Shown one piece after another: positions 27,099-41,454 of a stretch of DNA of 64,000 bases. Under the pieces are notes generated by a model. The model ran no database searches. It was given only the letters and a program-made list of their open reading frames with translations, and was not told where the DNA came from. The position numbers and the translations under genes are program-made. The stretch lies in NCBI RefSeq assembly GCF_058153355.1, contig NZ_CM177019.1, one strand, 5' to 3'. The stretch's first letter is position 1, and each line of letters opens with the position of its first letter.

Positions 27099-27674
27099 TT
27101 AGTAGTAAGAGTGTTCGCCGCGCTGGTGTTCGGTGAGATCGCGTACACCTTTCAGCTCCGGGAATTCGTTCAGCAGCTGCTTTTCGATCCCTTCTTTCAG
27201 CGTCACATCGACCATTGAACAACCGTTACAACCGCCGCCAAATTGCAGAATGGCGTAACCGTCTTCGGTGATTTCCATCAGCGAAACGCGACCACCGTGA
27301 CCGGCAAGCTGTGGGTTGATCTGCGACTGCAGCATATACTCCACGCGCTCCATCAGCGGCGCATCGTCAGCTACTTTGCGCATTTTGGCGTTTGGGGCTT
27401 TCAGCGTCAGCTGAGAACCCAACTGGTCAGTAACAAAGTCGATCTCTGCATCTTCCAGGTAAGGCGCGCTTAACTCATCAACATACGCGGTCAGCAGGTC
27501 AAATTTCAGGGCAGTGTCGGTGGCTTCCACAGCGTCCGGCGGACAATAAGAAACACCACATTCAGCGTTAGGCGTGCCAGGGTTAATCACAAATACGCGG
27601 ATTTGTGTCCCTTCTTCCTGATTTGCCAGCAGTTTGGCAAAGTGCGCTTGTGCAGCATCGGAAATACGGATCAT
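27099..27674 (-). CDS. nfuA: Fe-S cluster carrier protein NfuA
   Basis: 191 aa; C-terminal Nfu domain with CxxC (GGGCNGCS). Confidence 0.93.
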
Positions 27675-27732
27675 AGTAATGGCCTAATAGTTGACTATTT
27701 TAGTTGGTTATAATACGCCCATCATCGAGGCT

Positions 27733-28434
<702 letters not shown>

Positions 28435-28435
28435 A

Positions 28436-29224
<789 letters not shown>

Positions 29225-29252
29225 GTAGCTGTTGAAATGGCGAGACAGAATT

Positions 29253-30131
29253 TTACTGACTCGCCGCAGCCAACTCTTCTTCTGACACCCCGGTAAAGCG
29301 CATGATGTCCGCAAGAGGGACTCCGGATTCAAGCATTATTTTTGCTATATGCAAGGCTTTGGATTGTTCCCCCTCTTGCCGCAATCTTTCTGCAATAGTC
29401 ATTAAACTCTCCTTGTGTTTCGGTGAACGTTTGGCCACACCGTCGATAAAATCATTAAAACGTACTGCATCGCCAGTTTGCAGTATGTAATTAAACAGCC
29501 CTTTGATTTGTCTGTCATTAGCGTATCCACTACTTAATAAGCAGGCCATTTGCTCTACCAGCCCCATCAGGTCGCGTTGACGTATATGTTTTTGGATTAA
29601 CTCCAGCAGCGCCATACGTCGGTGCTGCATGATTTCATCATCAGGCATGACAGTGACATCAATCAGCGGGAATGCAGAGGCATAAAGCTGTCTGGCCAGT
29701 TTGGGATCGGCGAAACAATCCAGCCAACACAGTGAATAGGGATATGGGCTTTCAATGCCGTGGTAAAACAACAATGGCACCACCATCGGCAACGTTTTGT
29801 ATCCGGCATCCAGGTGATTTTGCATTGCGGCAATGGCGTAACGCATCATGCGAAATGCGATCAGTTTGTTTGAGGTGCTTTGATGTTCAATCAGACAATA
29901 GATATATCCCGGTCCTTGTTCCGTTTTCACCGACCACAGCACGTCGGAATAGCTTTCACGCAGATCGTCATCAATAAAGCTGCTCGACTCCAGCTTGAGG
30001 GTTTTCATATCACAGAGCGCGTGAATAGGTGCCGGTAAATGGAACGCAAGAAAATCGCGTGCCGTGTCCGGTTGGCGTAAAAAGAGTTTGAACAGCGCAT
30101 CATGTGGGGTGGAACTCTGCTTTTTGCTCAT
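29253..30131 (-). CDS. rpnA: recombination-promoting nuclease RpnA (YhgA, transposase_31 family)
   Basis: 292 aa; conserved position between bioH and feoC. Confidence 0.85.
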   Translation of the reverse strand: MSKKQSSTPHDALFKLFLRQPDTARDFLAFHLPAPIHALCDMKTLKLESSSFIDDDLRESYSDVLWSVKTEQGPGYIYCLIEHQSTSNKLIAFRMMRYAIAAMQNHLDAGYKTLPMVVPLLFYHGIESPYPYSLCWLDCFADPKLARQLYASAFPLIDVTVMPDDEIMQHRRMALLELIQKHIRQRDLMGLVEQMACLLSSGYANDRQIKGLFNYILQTGDAVRFNDFIDGVAKRSPKHKESLMTIAERLRQEGEQSKALHIAKIMLESGVPLADIMRFTGVSEEELAAASQ

Positions 30132-30281
30132 GGCGTTCCTTCACCTGTTGTTTGAATGCCGCGACTCTACGCGCCGTTCCACACCTGTGCATTAGCGAGT
30201 TTTCATCCCTGCGAGACGCTTTCAGAGGAACTTACGTTGTACTGCAAGAGTTGCATTATTATGGAAAGCCGCACGCAAAAA

Positions 30282-30311
30282 AGCCCGGTTGCAAACGCAT
30301 ACCGGGCTTTC
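30282..30311. terminator. hairpin terminator between yhgA and feoC
   Basis: aaagcccggt-tgcaaacgcata-accgggcttt stem-loop flanked by A/T runs. Confidence 0.45.
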
Positions 30312-30332
30312 AAAACAGGCAGTAAAACAAGG

Positions 30333-30569
30333 TTAACGTAACGCCCACCACTCACGCAGACAGGCTTTGCCTTCCGGGCAGCTTTTACAACTGCCAGAGA
30401 GGCAGCCGTCAGGTTCTTCCTGAATCCGCACGGCTTTGCCCATGCTTTCCAGCTGTTGCAGCATGGCGTAAATCATTGGCTGCGGGGTGTTCAGTGTCTG
30501 GCTTATCTGGGCCGCTTCCATACGGCCCCGTAACGCCAGCAAATCACGCACCTGAATAAGTGAAGCCAT
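30333..30569 (-). CDS. feoC: ferrous iron transport regulator FeoC
   Basis: 78 aa from [15 protein letters not shown]; Cys-rich C-terminus; start overlaps the feoB stop. Confidence 0.85.
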   Translation of the reverse strand: MASLIQVRDLLALRGRMEAAQISQTLNTPQPMIYAMLQQLESMGKAVRIQEEPDGCLSGSCKSCPEGKACLREWWALR

Positions 30570-32890
30570 TAATGGCAATCGCCAGTGGTGCTGGCTGCAC
30601 AGCAACTGCTTACCGATTTGCGTGTTGCCAGCAGTTCGATATCGACCCGGCTACGCGCGCGACGCAGCAAACCGATAACCACGATGTTAAACAGGATAAC
30701 CGCCAGAATGCATACCAGGCTGTAGGTTGGATGCTGGCTGTAGCTGGCGACCTGGTAGAACAATGTTGCCAACGAGTAAGCGATATTTAGCCCCCACAGG
30801 ATGGAGAAGCCCATCCAGCCACGGCTGGATTCACGCGCGATAGCACCCATCACCGAGATACACGGTACGTACAGCAGGACGAAAATCAGGTAGCTGTATG
30901 CGGCAGCTGCGCTACCGAATTTCTGATCCATCACACCCATCGCTCCGGTACCCATTTCACCGTCGCCTTTGCTCGCTTCAATGGGGTTCATCAGTACGCT
31001 AAGACTGAAGGTGTCTTTCAGGCTCTGCCAGGTTTCATCTACCGCGCTGAATAGCTCTTCACCGAGGTTAAATTCCGCCGGATTGAACTCTTCGTCCTGA
31101 ATATTTTCTGCGGTGTAGAGGGTGTTGAGCGTACCCACCACCACTTCTTTCGCCATTGCGCCTGTAAACAGGCCAACAGTTGCCTGCCAGTTATCTTCAT
31201 GTACGCCAATCGGCTTGAAGACCGGGGTGATCACCCGGCTAACGGAAGCCAGCGCCGAGTCGTTGATGTTATCGACGATTTTCCCGCTCAGAGAGAAGCT
31301 GTTGAAAGCGCTCAGGAAAATGCTGACGATGATAATCACTTTACCCGCACGCAGAACGAAGCCTTTCAGACGCTGCCAGGTCTGGATAATCAGGCTTTTA
31401 ACGTGTGGTACATGGTAGACCGGTAGCTCCATGACAAACGGCGTCGCTTCACCGCGCATGATGGTGTACTTGAGCATCAGGCCAGTCAGCACCGCCATCA
31501 CAATACCCAGCATATACAGCGAGAATACCGCCAGTGCGCCGTTCTGTCCGAAGAAGGCGGCCGCAAATACTGCGAAGATGGCCAGACGTGCGCCGCAGGA
31601 CATAAACGGTGCCATCATAATGGTCATCAGGCGTTCACGCGGCGCATCAAGCGTACGCGCACCCATTACCGACGGTACGTTACAACCGAACCCGACGATC
31701 AACGGTACAAAGGATTTCCCCGGCAAGCCCAGCGCCTGCATCAGGCGGTCCATCACAAACGCCGCACGCGCCATATACCCGGAGTCCTCAAGGAAGGAGA
31801 GGAACAGGTACATCATACCGATCTGCGGCACCAGTGGTAGAACGGTGTTAATACCGCCCCCCAGGCCTTGTGCGAGGAAGATAGTCAGCCAGTCCGGGAA
31901 GTGGAGTGTGTAGCCAATCCACTGAATACCATGCACAAATAGCGCCACGGAGCCGACGTCAAACAGCGGCTGTAATGCCCCGCCGATGTTGATAGCCAAC
32001 AGGAACATCAGGTACATCACAAAGAGGAAAATCGGCAGACCGAGGAAACGGTTGAGCACGATTTTATCTACCGCAGTGGTGAAACGGCTGGGTTCTGCCG
32101 TCAGGGTGTTGCTTACCACATCACAGATGGCAGCAATGCACTGGTAACGCGCATCGGCAATGTGCAGCGCCGGATCGTCCATCTCATTACGCAGACGGGC
32201 GAGGGCGGCATCAAGATGCTGCGACGCTTCACCGGCGTAGGCGCGGCTGTAGATATCGCCTTCCAGCATTTGCAGGCCCAGCCAGCGACGTTGTTTCAGC
32301 GGGATGTCGGAAGGCATCACTTTTGCCAGTGAATCTGCTTCGTTGAGCAGCGGCTGTGCGTAATGCACCAGTTCCACATTCTCGTTAGCTTTATAGCGAT
32401 CAATCGCCAGCTTGAGCGCTTCAATACCGCGACCACGAGTTGAAACCAGCGGGATCACCGGGCAGCCAAGACGCGTCGACAGAGCATCAATTTCAATGCG
32501 AATATTTTGCTTCTCGGCAATGTCGAGCATGTTCAGCGCCACGATGCAGGGAATGCCGAGTTCCAGCAGTTGTAGCGTCAGGTACAGGTTACGCTCAAGG
32601 TTAGACGCATCCACCACGTTAATCAGCAGGTCAGCGTCGCCACTCAAAATGTAGTGACAGGCGATTTGCTCATCGAGCGAGGTCTGCGATGAGATGGTGG
32701 TCAGAGAATAGGTGCCGGGGAGGTCCACCAGCGTGACCTGATGATCGGTGGTGGAGAATTGCCCTTCTTTACGTTCGACGGTAACGCCAGCCCAGTTACC
32801 TACACGCTGACGTGCGCCAGTGAGCTGGTTAAATAAGGTTGTCTTGCCAGAATTTGGATTACCAATTAAGCCAATGGTTAATTTTTTCAT
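30569..32890 (-). CDS. feoB: ferrous iron transporter FeoB
   Basis: 773 aa from [21 protein letters not shown] (G-protein motif) followed by a polytopic membrane domain. Confidence 0.94.
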   Translation of the reverse strand: MKKLTIGLIGNPNSGKTTLFNQLTGARQRVGNWAGVTVERKEGQFSTTDHQVTLVDLPGTYSLTTISSQTSLDEQIACHYILSGDADLLINVVDASNLERNLYLTLQLLELGIPCIVALNMLDIAEKQNIRIEIDALSTRLGCPVIPLVSTRGRGIEALKLAIDRYKANENVELVHYAQPLLNEADSLAKVMPSDIPLKQRRWLGLQMLEGDIYSRAYAGEASQHLDAALARLRNEMDDPALHIADARYQCIAAICDVVSNTLTAEPSRFTTAVDKIVLNRFLGLPIFLFVMYLMFLLAINIGGALQPLFDVGSVALFVHGIQWIGYTLHFPDWLTIFLAQGLGGGINTVLPLVPQIGMMYLFLSFLEDSGYMARAAFVMDRLMQALGLPGKSFVPLIVGFGCNVPSVMGARTLDAPRERLMTIMMAPFMSCGARLAIFAVFAAAFFGQNGALAVFSLYMLGIVMAVLTGLMLKYTIMRGEATPFVMELPVYHVPHVKSLIIQTWQRLKGFVLRAGKVIIIVSIFLSAFNSFSLSGKIVDNINDSALASVSRVITPVFKPIGVHEDNWQATVGLFTGAMAKEVVVGTLNTLYTAENIQDEEFNPAEFNLGEELFSAVDETWQSLKDTFSLSVLMNPIEASKGDGEMGTGAMGVMDQKFGSAAAAYSYLIFVLLYVPCISVMGAIARESSRGWMGFSILWGLNIAYSLATLFYQVASYSQHPTYSLVCILAVILFNIVVIGLLRRARSRVDIELLATRKSVSSCCAASTTGDCH

Positions 32891-32906
32891 TGTTGTTATC
32901 ACCGTA

Positions 32907-33134
32907 TTAACAGGAAACCGCTTCCACTTCTAATAAGGCCAGATCTTTTTTGCGTAATACCAGGCTCACACGACGGGTTTCGATATGAATGGGGTCGCCA
33001 AGTGGAGCGACGCGCACCACATTAAAAGAGGAGCCAGGTAACATGCCAAGAGAAAGCAGTTTTTGGCGATATGCCGGGCTGATTTCACGGGAAAAGCCAG
33101 TGATTTTCCACGCAGTATCTGGAGTGTATTGCAT
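32907..33134 (-). CDS. feoA: ferrous iron transport protein FeoA
   Basis: 75 aa ORF immediately upstream of feoB. Confidence 0.9.
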   Translation of the reverse strand: MQYTPDTAWKITGFSREISPAYRQKLLSLGMLPGSSFNVVRVAPLGDPIHIETRRVSLVLRKKDLALLEVEAVSC

Positions 33135-33244
33135 AGGTGCCTACTTGTTTCTCATTAACTGGATAACTACCTCATGGGGCGTTTGACAGCGACATGAGAC
33201 CAGATGATTTGCCAATGAAGGAGAGATTAAATAATCAACAACAC

Positions 33245-33263
33245 AATGATAATGAGAATGGTT
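33245..33263. promoter_or_regulatory. putative Fur box upstream of feoA
   Basis: tgataatgagaatggtttc partially matches the Fur consensus GATAATGATAATCATTATC, ~110 bp upstream of feoA. Confidence 0.35.
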
Positions 33264-33516
33264 TCTATCAGCAATACTTAAAATGTGTGCGAATGTTGGT
33301 TTGAATAATAATCTGACTCAATGTTGATGTGGCTCAAGGTTATATCGCAGCGAAAATATAATTCGAATAGCGAATTACCAGGACTGGTTAATGTTTAATT
33401 AAGGTTTCATTTGTTAATGAAGTGATAAATATTAACGGGATATATTGTGAGTTTGGTTGTGGAATAAAAGTGCCGGAGATATTCTCCGGCACTTTTATGT
33501 CAGGCAAGGCGTTCGT

Positions 33517-33547
33517 TGCCAGATGCGGCGTGAACGCCTTATCTGGC
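33517..33547. repeat. REP palindromic unit
   Basis: gccagatgcggcgtgaacgccttatctggc closely matches the REP consensus; 3' of tex. Confidence 0.5.
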
Positions 33548-33573
33548 AGGTTTACGTTTGTCTATCAGGGCGT

Positions 33574-35895
33574 TTAACGTTTTTTGCCCATTGCTGCCGC
33601 CAGCGCATCCATCATTGCGCTATTACCGGCAGGCTGCGCTTCACGACCGCGTGGTTTGGCTGCCGGGCGGTTGTTTTGCGGACGTTCATTACCGCCGCCG
33701 CGACGGGCGTTGGTTTCGCCAGGCTGCTCGTCCAGACGCATAGTCAGGGCGATACGTTTACGCTGAAGATCCACTTCCAGCACTTTCACCTTCACAATGT
33801 CGCCCGCTTTCACCACGGTATGCGGATCTTCCACAAACTTGTTCGACAATGAAGAGATGTGAACCAGGCCGTCCTGATGCACGCCAATATCGACAAACGC
33901 GCCAAAGTTGGTGACGTTGGTCACCGCACCTTCGAGGATCATACCCGGTTGCAGGTCGTTCATTGTCTCGACGCCATCGGCAAACTGGGCGGTTTTAAAT
34001 TCCGGACGCGGATCGCGACCTGGTTTTTCCAACTCTTTGATGATGTCGGTTACCGTCGGCACACCGAATTTCTCATCAGTAAAGTCAGACGCTTTCAGGT
34101 TACGCAGTTCGCTGCTGTTACCCATCAGATCTTTCAGTGCCTGCTGTGTTGCTGCCAGAATGCGTTCCACCACCGGATAGGCTTCCGGGTGAACAGTAGA
34201 GGCGTCCAGCGGGTTGTCACCGTGGTTAATGCGCAAGAAGCCTGCGCACTGCTCGAAGGCTTTTGGCCCCAGGCGGCTGACTTTTAACAGTTGCTGACGG
34301 TTCTGGAACTGGCCGTTCTCATCGCGCCAGGCCACAATGTTTTGCGCCATCATGCGCGTCAGGCCAGCCACGCGAGTTAACAGCGGAACAGAAGCGGTAT
34401 TGAGATCGACGCCAACGGCGTTTACGCAGTCTTCTACTACTGCATCCAGTTTGCGGGCCAGTTGCGTCTGGCTGACGTCATGCTGATATTGACCTACGCC
34501 GATAGATTTCGGATCGATTTTCACCAGCTCCGCCAGCGGATCCTGCAAACGACGGGCGATAGACACCGCGCCACGCAGCGAAACATCGAGATCCGGGAAC
34601 TCCTGCGCCGCCAGTTCGGAAGCCGAGTAAACCGACGCGCCTGCTTCGCTGACGACCACTTTCTGTGCGGTCACTTTCGGAAACTGCTTCTGAACGTCGA
34701 GATAGAAACGCTCAGTTTCGCGGGAAGCCGTACCGTTACCGATTGCCACCAGTTCAACGTTATGTTTTTCACACAAGGCAGCAACGGTCATCGCTGCTTT
34801 TGCGGCTTGTCCGGTGTGCGGGTAAATGGTGTCGGTCGCCACCAGTTTACCCGTCGCATCGACTACCGCCACTTTTACCCCAGTACGCAGACCCGGATCG
34901 AGGCCCATCGTTGCACGCAGTCCGGCAGGGGCCGCCATCAGAAGATCGTGTAGGTTACGGGCAAAGACGTTGATTGCTTCATCTTCCGCGCGTTCACGCA
35001 CTGTGCCCATCAGTTCGGTTTCCAGATGCATCAGCACCTTGATGCGCCACGTCCAGCTCACCACGCCTTTGCGCCAGCTATCCGCCGGGGCATTGTTCAG
35101 GCGCAGGCCAAGGTGATCCATGATGATTTGCTCGCAATAGCTCTCTTTTGGCGGCTCATCGAACTGCGGATCGGCATTCAGCGAAAGTTGGAGTACGCCT
35201 TCGTTACGCCCACGGAACATCGCCAGCGCGCGGTGAGAAGGCACCGTTGACAGCGGTTCGTGATGATCGAAATAGTCGCGGAATTTCGCCCCTTCCTCTT
35301 CTTTACCGTTCACCACCGTAGAAACCAAATGCGCGTTCTTCCACAGATAATCACGCACTTTCGCCAGCAGCGCGGCATCTTCGGCAAACCGTTCCATCAG
35401 GATATAGCGCGCGCCGTCCAGCGCGGCTTTGGTATCTGCTACGCCTTTATCGGCATCAACATATTGTGCAGCGGCGACTTCTGGCGTGTGCGACGGATCG
35501 TTCCACAGTAGGTCGGCCAACGGCTCAAGCCCTGCTTCAATGGCGATTTGCCCGCGGGTGCGGCGTTTAGGTTTGTAGGGCAGGTAGAGGTCTTCGAGTT
35601 CGGTTTTGCTTAAGGTGGCGTTGATAGCATTCGCCAGCTCGTCGGTCAGTTTGCCTTGCTCGGAAATGGACTTGAGGATTGCCTGACGTCTCTCTTCCAG
35701 CTCGCGCAAATAGCTCAGACGCGTTTCCAGATTACGCAGCTGCGTGTCATCCAGACCGCCGGTGATTTCCTTACGATAACGTGCGATAAACGGCACGGTA
35801 TTCCCTTCGTCAAGCAGGCGAACGGCAGCGTCAACCTGTTCCGGGCGCGCCTGAATTTCACCCGCAATAATGCGGCAGAACGAATCATTCATCAT
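33574..35895 (-). CDS. tex: transcription accessory protein Tex (YhgF)
   Basis: 773 aa; C-terminal S1 domain followed by a basic tail. Confidence 0.93.
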   Translation of the reverse strand: MMNDSFCRIIAGEIQARPEQVDAAVRLLDEGNTVPFIARYRKEITGGLDDTQLRNLETRLSYLRELEERRQAILKSISEQGKLTDELANAINATLSKTELEDLYLPYKPKRRTRGQIAIEAGLEPLADLLWNDPSHTPEVAAAQYVDADKGVADTKAALDGARYILMERFAEDAALLAKVRDYLWKNAHLVSTVVNGKEEEGAKFRDYFDHHEPLSTVPSHRALAMFRGRNEGVLQLSLNADPQFDEPPKESYCEQIIMDHLGLRLNNAPADSWRKGVVSWTWRIKVLMHLETELMGTVRERAEDEAINVFARNLHDLLMAAPAGLRATMGLDPGLRTGVKVAVVDATGKLVATDTIYPHTGQAAKAAMTVAALCEKHNVELVAIGNGTASRETERFYLDVQKQFPKVTAQKVVVSEAGASVYSASELAAQEFPDLDVSLRGAVSIARRLQDPLAELVKIDPKSIGVGQYQHDVSQTQLARKLDAVVEDCVNAVGVDLNTASVPLLTRVAGLTRMMAQNIVAWRDENGQFQNRQQLLKVSRLGPKAFEQCAGFLRINHGDNPLDASTVHPEAYPVVERILAATQQALKDLMGNSSELRNLKASDFTDEKFGVPTVTDIIKELEKPGRDPRPEFKTAQFADGVETMNDLQPGMILEGAVTNVTNFGAFVDIGVHQDGLVHISSLSNKFVEDPHTVVKAGDIVKVKVLEVDLQRKRIALTMRLDEQPGETNARRGGGNERPQNNRPAAKPRGREAQPAGNSAMMDALAAAMGKKR

Positions 35896-35991
35896 GGTTT
35901 GAGTTCATCTTTTCGGATCAAAAATCAGGGGATAGTTATACGGACTGGCTGGCAAAAATGCCAGCCATCGGCAGGAGGTTAAGACTCTTCC

Positions 35992-36468
35992 TTACGGTTT
36001 CACGTACTCAATAGCATTAACATACCAGCTCGCTTCCCCGGCAGGGGTATTGACCACTGCCAGATCGCCCACTTCTTTTTTCAGCAATGCGCGGGCCATT
36101 GGGGAATCGATAGAGATGTAATCTTTACGGCCAAAAATTTCATCGTAGCCGACAATGCGAAAACGGTGAGTCACGCCATCGTCGTTTTCAATCTCCACCC
36201 ATGCGCCAAAAAAGACTTTGCCTTCCTGTTGCGGGGAGTAATCGACGATTTTGAGATTTTCCATGCATTTAGTGAGATAGCGCACGCGACGGTCGATTTC
36301 ACGCAGACGCTTTTTATTATACTGATAGTCAGCATTTTCGCTGCGGTCGCCCAGACTTGCAGCCCAGGTCACTTTTTTTGTGACCTCCGGGCGCTCTTCA
36401 CGCCAGAGATAATTTAGCTCTTGTTTGAGTTTTTCATACCCTTCCCGGGTAACCAGGGGCGTTTTCAT
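35992..36468 (-). CDS. greB: transcript cleavage factor GreB
   Basis: 158 aa from MKTPLVTREGYEKLKQEL; track ORF is extended 12 codons. Confidence 0.92.
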   Translation of the reverse strand: MKTPLVTREGYEKLKQELNYLWREERPEVTKKVTWAASLGDRSENADYQYNKKRLREIDRRVRYLTKCMENLKIVDYSPQQEGKVFFGAWVEIENDDGVTHRFRIVGYDEIFGRKDYISIDSPMARALLKKEVGDLAVVNTPAGEASWYVNAIEYVKP

Positions 36469-36695
36469 CTCGTTGATTCCCTTTGTCTGTTTGATAATGC
36501 GCACATTGGGTATAACGTGATCATATCAACAGAATCAATAATGTTTCGCCGAATAAATTGTATACTTAAGCTGCTGTTTAATATGCTTTGTAACAATTTA
36601 GGCTGAAATTCATACCAGATTTAGCTGGTGACGAACGTAAGCTTTTTTAAGAATACACGCTTACAAATTGTTGCGAACCTTTGGGAGTACAAAGA

Positions 36696-38764
<2,069 letters not shown>

Positions 38765-38766
38765 AT

Positions 38767-38804
38767 AAAACAGGAGGCGAAGGTGCCTCCCGTTTTATTT
38801 TGTG
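38767..38804 (+). terminator. rho-independent terminator after envZ
   Basis: aaaacaggaggc-gaa-ggtgcctcccgtttt stem-loop followed by a T-rich run. Confidence 0.5.
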
Positions 38805-38927
38805 CACTCAGTATCTACTGAATGAATACGGTTTCAGACATCGGCACCATACGAAGTAAAGTGTACTGTAAGCTGATTGCAGGCTAGCGTATCCTGATTA
38901 GTAAAAGCACACTAAAGGAATAGCTTG

Positions 38928-40211
38928 ATGCAACTTACCAACGAAGAACAAGTACAGATTGCTCGTATAAAAGAAAAAATCCCACGCATTGCCGCACTGG
39001 ATCCTGAATGTAAGTTATTCGGTTCTGAAGGTTGGAAATATCAATGGCCGAAGCCTGCCAGCGAGGCGGAAATAGCTTCCTGGGAGAAAAAACATAGCGT
39101 CACTTTGCCACGGGAATATCGAATTTTTCTTCGCTATATCGCTAATGGCGGTCCGGCACATGCCTACGGTCTTGAATCTTTAGGCGGTACAGATATTTAT
39201 GGCGATATAACAAAAGAAAGCCCTGTACCGCTTTATATGACGCAGCAGGATGTTGATGTGTTGAATGCAGGCCGTACAGAAGATGATGAAGAATATAGTT
39301 TTTTTGACGGCGCATTGACCATTCTCACCCTGGGATGTACTTATGATATTTGCCTGGTGGTGACGGGGCAGTATCGCGGAAGGTTAATGCTGACTGATGG
39401 TGATGAAGATTATCCGTTTGATTTTATATATGATAAAAATTTCCTCAACTGGTATGAACGCTGGCTGGACGATTTTATTGCTGGCATGAGTATGAAGGGT
39501 TTCGATAGAAGTTTGCCAGGAACGCAAATTCAACTGCGTGAGTGGTTTTTAACTGAGAAAATCCCGGATTTACGTAGATCCATTTTATTCTCGCTATGCC
39601 GTTTTCCACAGATAGAACCCGAAACATTTGCCCTTTGGGAACATGTTTGCCGCACAGAGAATGATAAAGAATTGTGTGAAGAGGCATTCATAAGATTACG
39701 CCAAAAAAAAGTTTCTTGTGCTGCAGATATTTTTCGACTCTATTTTACAATGCCAGATGAATTACGTGATATTGCTATTAAAGATCTCCGTTTTGCCTGT
39801 AGAGATAGTGTGGTGAATATTGAGGATTATATTCATTCACTGTTAATAATAATGCCTGAACTTGACGATGACACTCTATCCTCAGCTGTCTTTGCTGTAC
39901 GAGAAACAGAGTATAATAAATATGATACTTTTCTGCCGCTTCTCGAACGTATCACTGATGACCGTCAGCAAACATTATTGTGGGCGATGAGTAAGGCGCC
40001 TGATTTCAATGAAAGCCGAGGATTCGTTGAGTTGGTATTACCGCTTTTTGCATCATCAAAGATGGAGAATGTAAGGAAGGCTATTTTGTTGCTCATTGAA
40101 GTTAAAGATAATCGTATTCCACCATTGGTTGATGAAGCTGCAACTCGTTTCCCTGAACTGACCATTTTACGAGAAAACTACTATCTCAGGACGTGGGGAC
40201 ATAAGCCATAA
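38928..40211 (+). CDS. SMI1/KNR4 (SUKH-1)-like protein with C-terminal helical extension; putative immunity-type protein
   Basis: 427 aa from the ATG at 38928 with Shine-Dalgarno AAGGA. N-terminal motif EIASWEKKHSVTLPREYRIFLRYIANGG matches the LPxxYxxFLxxxNGG hallmark of the SUKH family. Visibly AT-rich; no counterpart at this site in K-12. Confidence 0.65.
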   Translation: MQLTNEEQVQIARIKEKIPRIAALDPECKLFGSEGWKYQWPKPASEAEIASWEKKHSVTLPREYRIFLRYIANGGPAHAYGLESLGGTDIYGDITKESPVPLYMTQQDVDVLNAGRTEDDEEYSFFDGALTILTLGCTYDICLVVTGQYRGRLMLTDGDEDYPFDFIYDKNFLNWYERWLDDFIAGMSMKGFDRSLPGTQIQLREWFLTEKIPDLRRSILFSLCRFPQIEPETFALWEHVCRTENDKELCEEAFIRLRQKKVSCAADIFRLYFTMPDELRDIAIKDLRFACRDSVVNIEDYIHSLLIIMPELDDDTLSSAVFAVRETEYNKYDTFLPLLERITDDRQQTLLWAMSKAPDFNESRGFVELVLPLFASSKMENVRKAILLLIEVKDNRIPPLVDEAATRFPELTILRENYYLRTWGHKP

Positions 40212-40248
40212 ATTAATGGCTCAGAAATGATCTAACGCGGAGAGAAAT

Positions 40249-40779
40249 ATGATCAGGGAACATATTCAGCAAGCGATAAATAATAGGTTAGCATTTGATG
40301 GCCCATTCAATGTTGTTCCTGAACCTGCAAGCACTGCGTTTGATAGCCGGATCCCGACATTGAAAAACGGTGTCTGGCAGAAGGCCAGCCCTATGTTGCA
40401 GGCGCGTTTTGCACATTGTGGACGTTGGTTAAGCGCTACACATGGAAGCTGGCTAAGTATAAGTGACATGGAAACGCTTTGGCAGGAACACATAGAAGAT
40501 ACGTTTCTTGATGAAATCAAAATGAATGCTGTAGCTTCAAGTGATAATTGGGATAACCATGCCTTGGGACTATTTCGTTCTCATCGCCTGTCACTTTTTG
40601 CCGGTAGTGATTACATTTATGAAATGGTTTTTCTCCTTTGGCTAGATAGTACCGTTGAGCCAGAGGTCTGGGTTTATGACTGCAATGGGGAATCACGTTA
40701 TAAAGATCTTAATGATTACCTGAATGCATATATTAATGATGACGTAAGCGCCTGTGAGCGCTCCTGGCGAGTAGAATGA
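40249..40779 (+). CDS. hypothetical protein (island gene 2)
   Basis: 176 aa ORF with Shine-Dalgarno GGAGAG; AT-rich; stop overlaps the next start (ATGA). No family recognised. Confidence 0.55.
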   Translation: MIREHIQQAINNRLAFDGPFNVVPEPASTAFDSRIPTLKNGVWQKASPMLQARFAHCGRWLSATHGSWLSISDMETLWQEHIEDTFLDEIKMNAVASSDNWDNHALGLFRSHRLSLFAGSDYIYEMVFLLWLDSTVEPEVWVYDCNGESRYKDLNDYLNAYINDDVSACERSWRVE

Positions 40780-41402
40780 ATAGCCCCCCTTGCCCCTTTG
40801 ATCCACAAACCGCACATTACCTCGGTACAGTGCAAATCCACTACACCTCAACCACCTTCAACGCTGCCGTTAAGCATTATACCTATCACATTAAAAAGCG
40901 TTTTAAAGGGTTTAAATGGGGAATTGGTACCGCTGGCTTATTGGCTATATTGCCCATGATCCCACAATGGTTGAAACCTTCTCATGACTTTAAACTCAAC
41001 GCAATCAGTACGTTAATTCTTCTATTAATGTTGCCACTCCTCTTATCAATGTTCCTGTTAATCAGCAGAAGAATTAACGATTTTAAGTCAAAAACAAAGC
41101 AAGTTACTTTTACGAAACCCGTGCGTTATGCGTTTTATTTCGAGGGGATTGTTTTTTATGAATCTCATCAGCAGGGCATACTTCGCTGGGAAGATTTTTA
41201 TAGCATTGACTATGAAGAAGATTATTTGTGGCTTTTTCTGCATTTACCGAAGAGTTTTCCCAGAGAAGCGACGAAAGCGTTTTGCGATATTTTCATTCCC
41301 GCCAGCGCGATAAAAGCGCAGCCTGAACTGGATACGTTTTTTCGTGAAACACGCCACTATCTGGATTATCTGTTTGTCCCGTTTAATTCTGACAGAAAAT
41401 AA
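40776..41402 (+). CDS. hypothetical membrane protein, two predicted TM helices (YcxB-like topology)
   Basis: 208 aa; hydrophobic segments WGIGTAGLLAILPMIPQWL and ISTLILLLMLPLLLSMFLLI followed by a ~100 aa soluble domain; translationally coupled to island gene 2. Confidence 0.55.
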   Translation: MNSPPCPFDPQTAHYLGTVQIHYTSTTFNAAVKHYTYHIKKRFKGFKWGIGTAGLLAILPMIPQWLKPSHDFKLNAISTLILLLMLPLLLSMFLLISRRINDFKSKTKQVTFTKPVRYAFYFEGIVFYESHQQGILRWEDFYSIDYEEDYLWLFLHLPKSFPREATKAFCDIFIPASAIKAQPELDTFFRETRHYLDYLFVPFNSDRK

Positions 41403-41435
41403 AAAATCCCCCGTATCTGGTGAAACGGGGGATTT
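41403..41435. terminator. bidirectional terminator between island gene 3 and pck
   Basis: aaaaaatcccccgt-atctggtga-aacgggggattt stem-loop with A/T runs on both sides. Confidence 0.55.
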
Positions 41436-41454
41436 CGTCGCTTAACTTATCGGA

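Noticed and set aside
33457-35982. Many short plus-strand ORFs across tex (yhgF)
   Set aside because: Antisense to the intact 773 aa tex gene; Arg/His-rich translations typical of antisense frames.
38805-38927. Possible small RNA or promoter element in the 120 bp between the envZ terminator and island gene 1
   Set aside because: Only a plausible Shine-Dalgarno and an AT-rich stretch are visible; no convincing -35/-10 pair or conserved structure could be supported from sequence alone.
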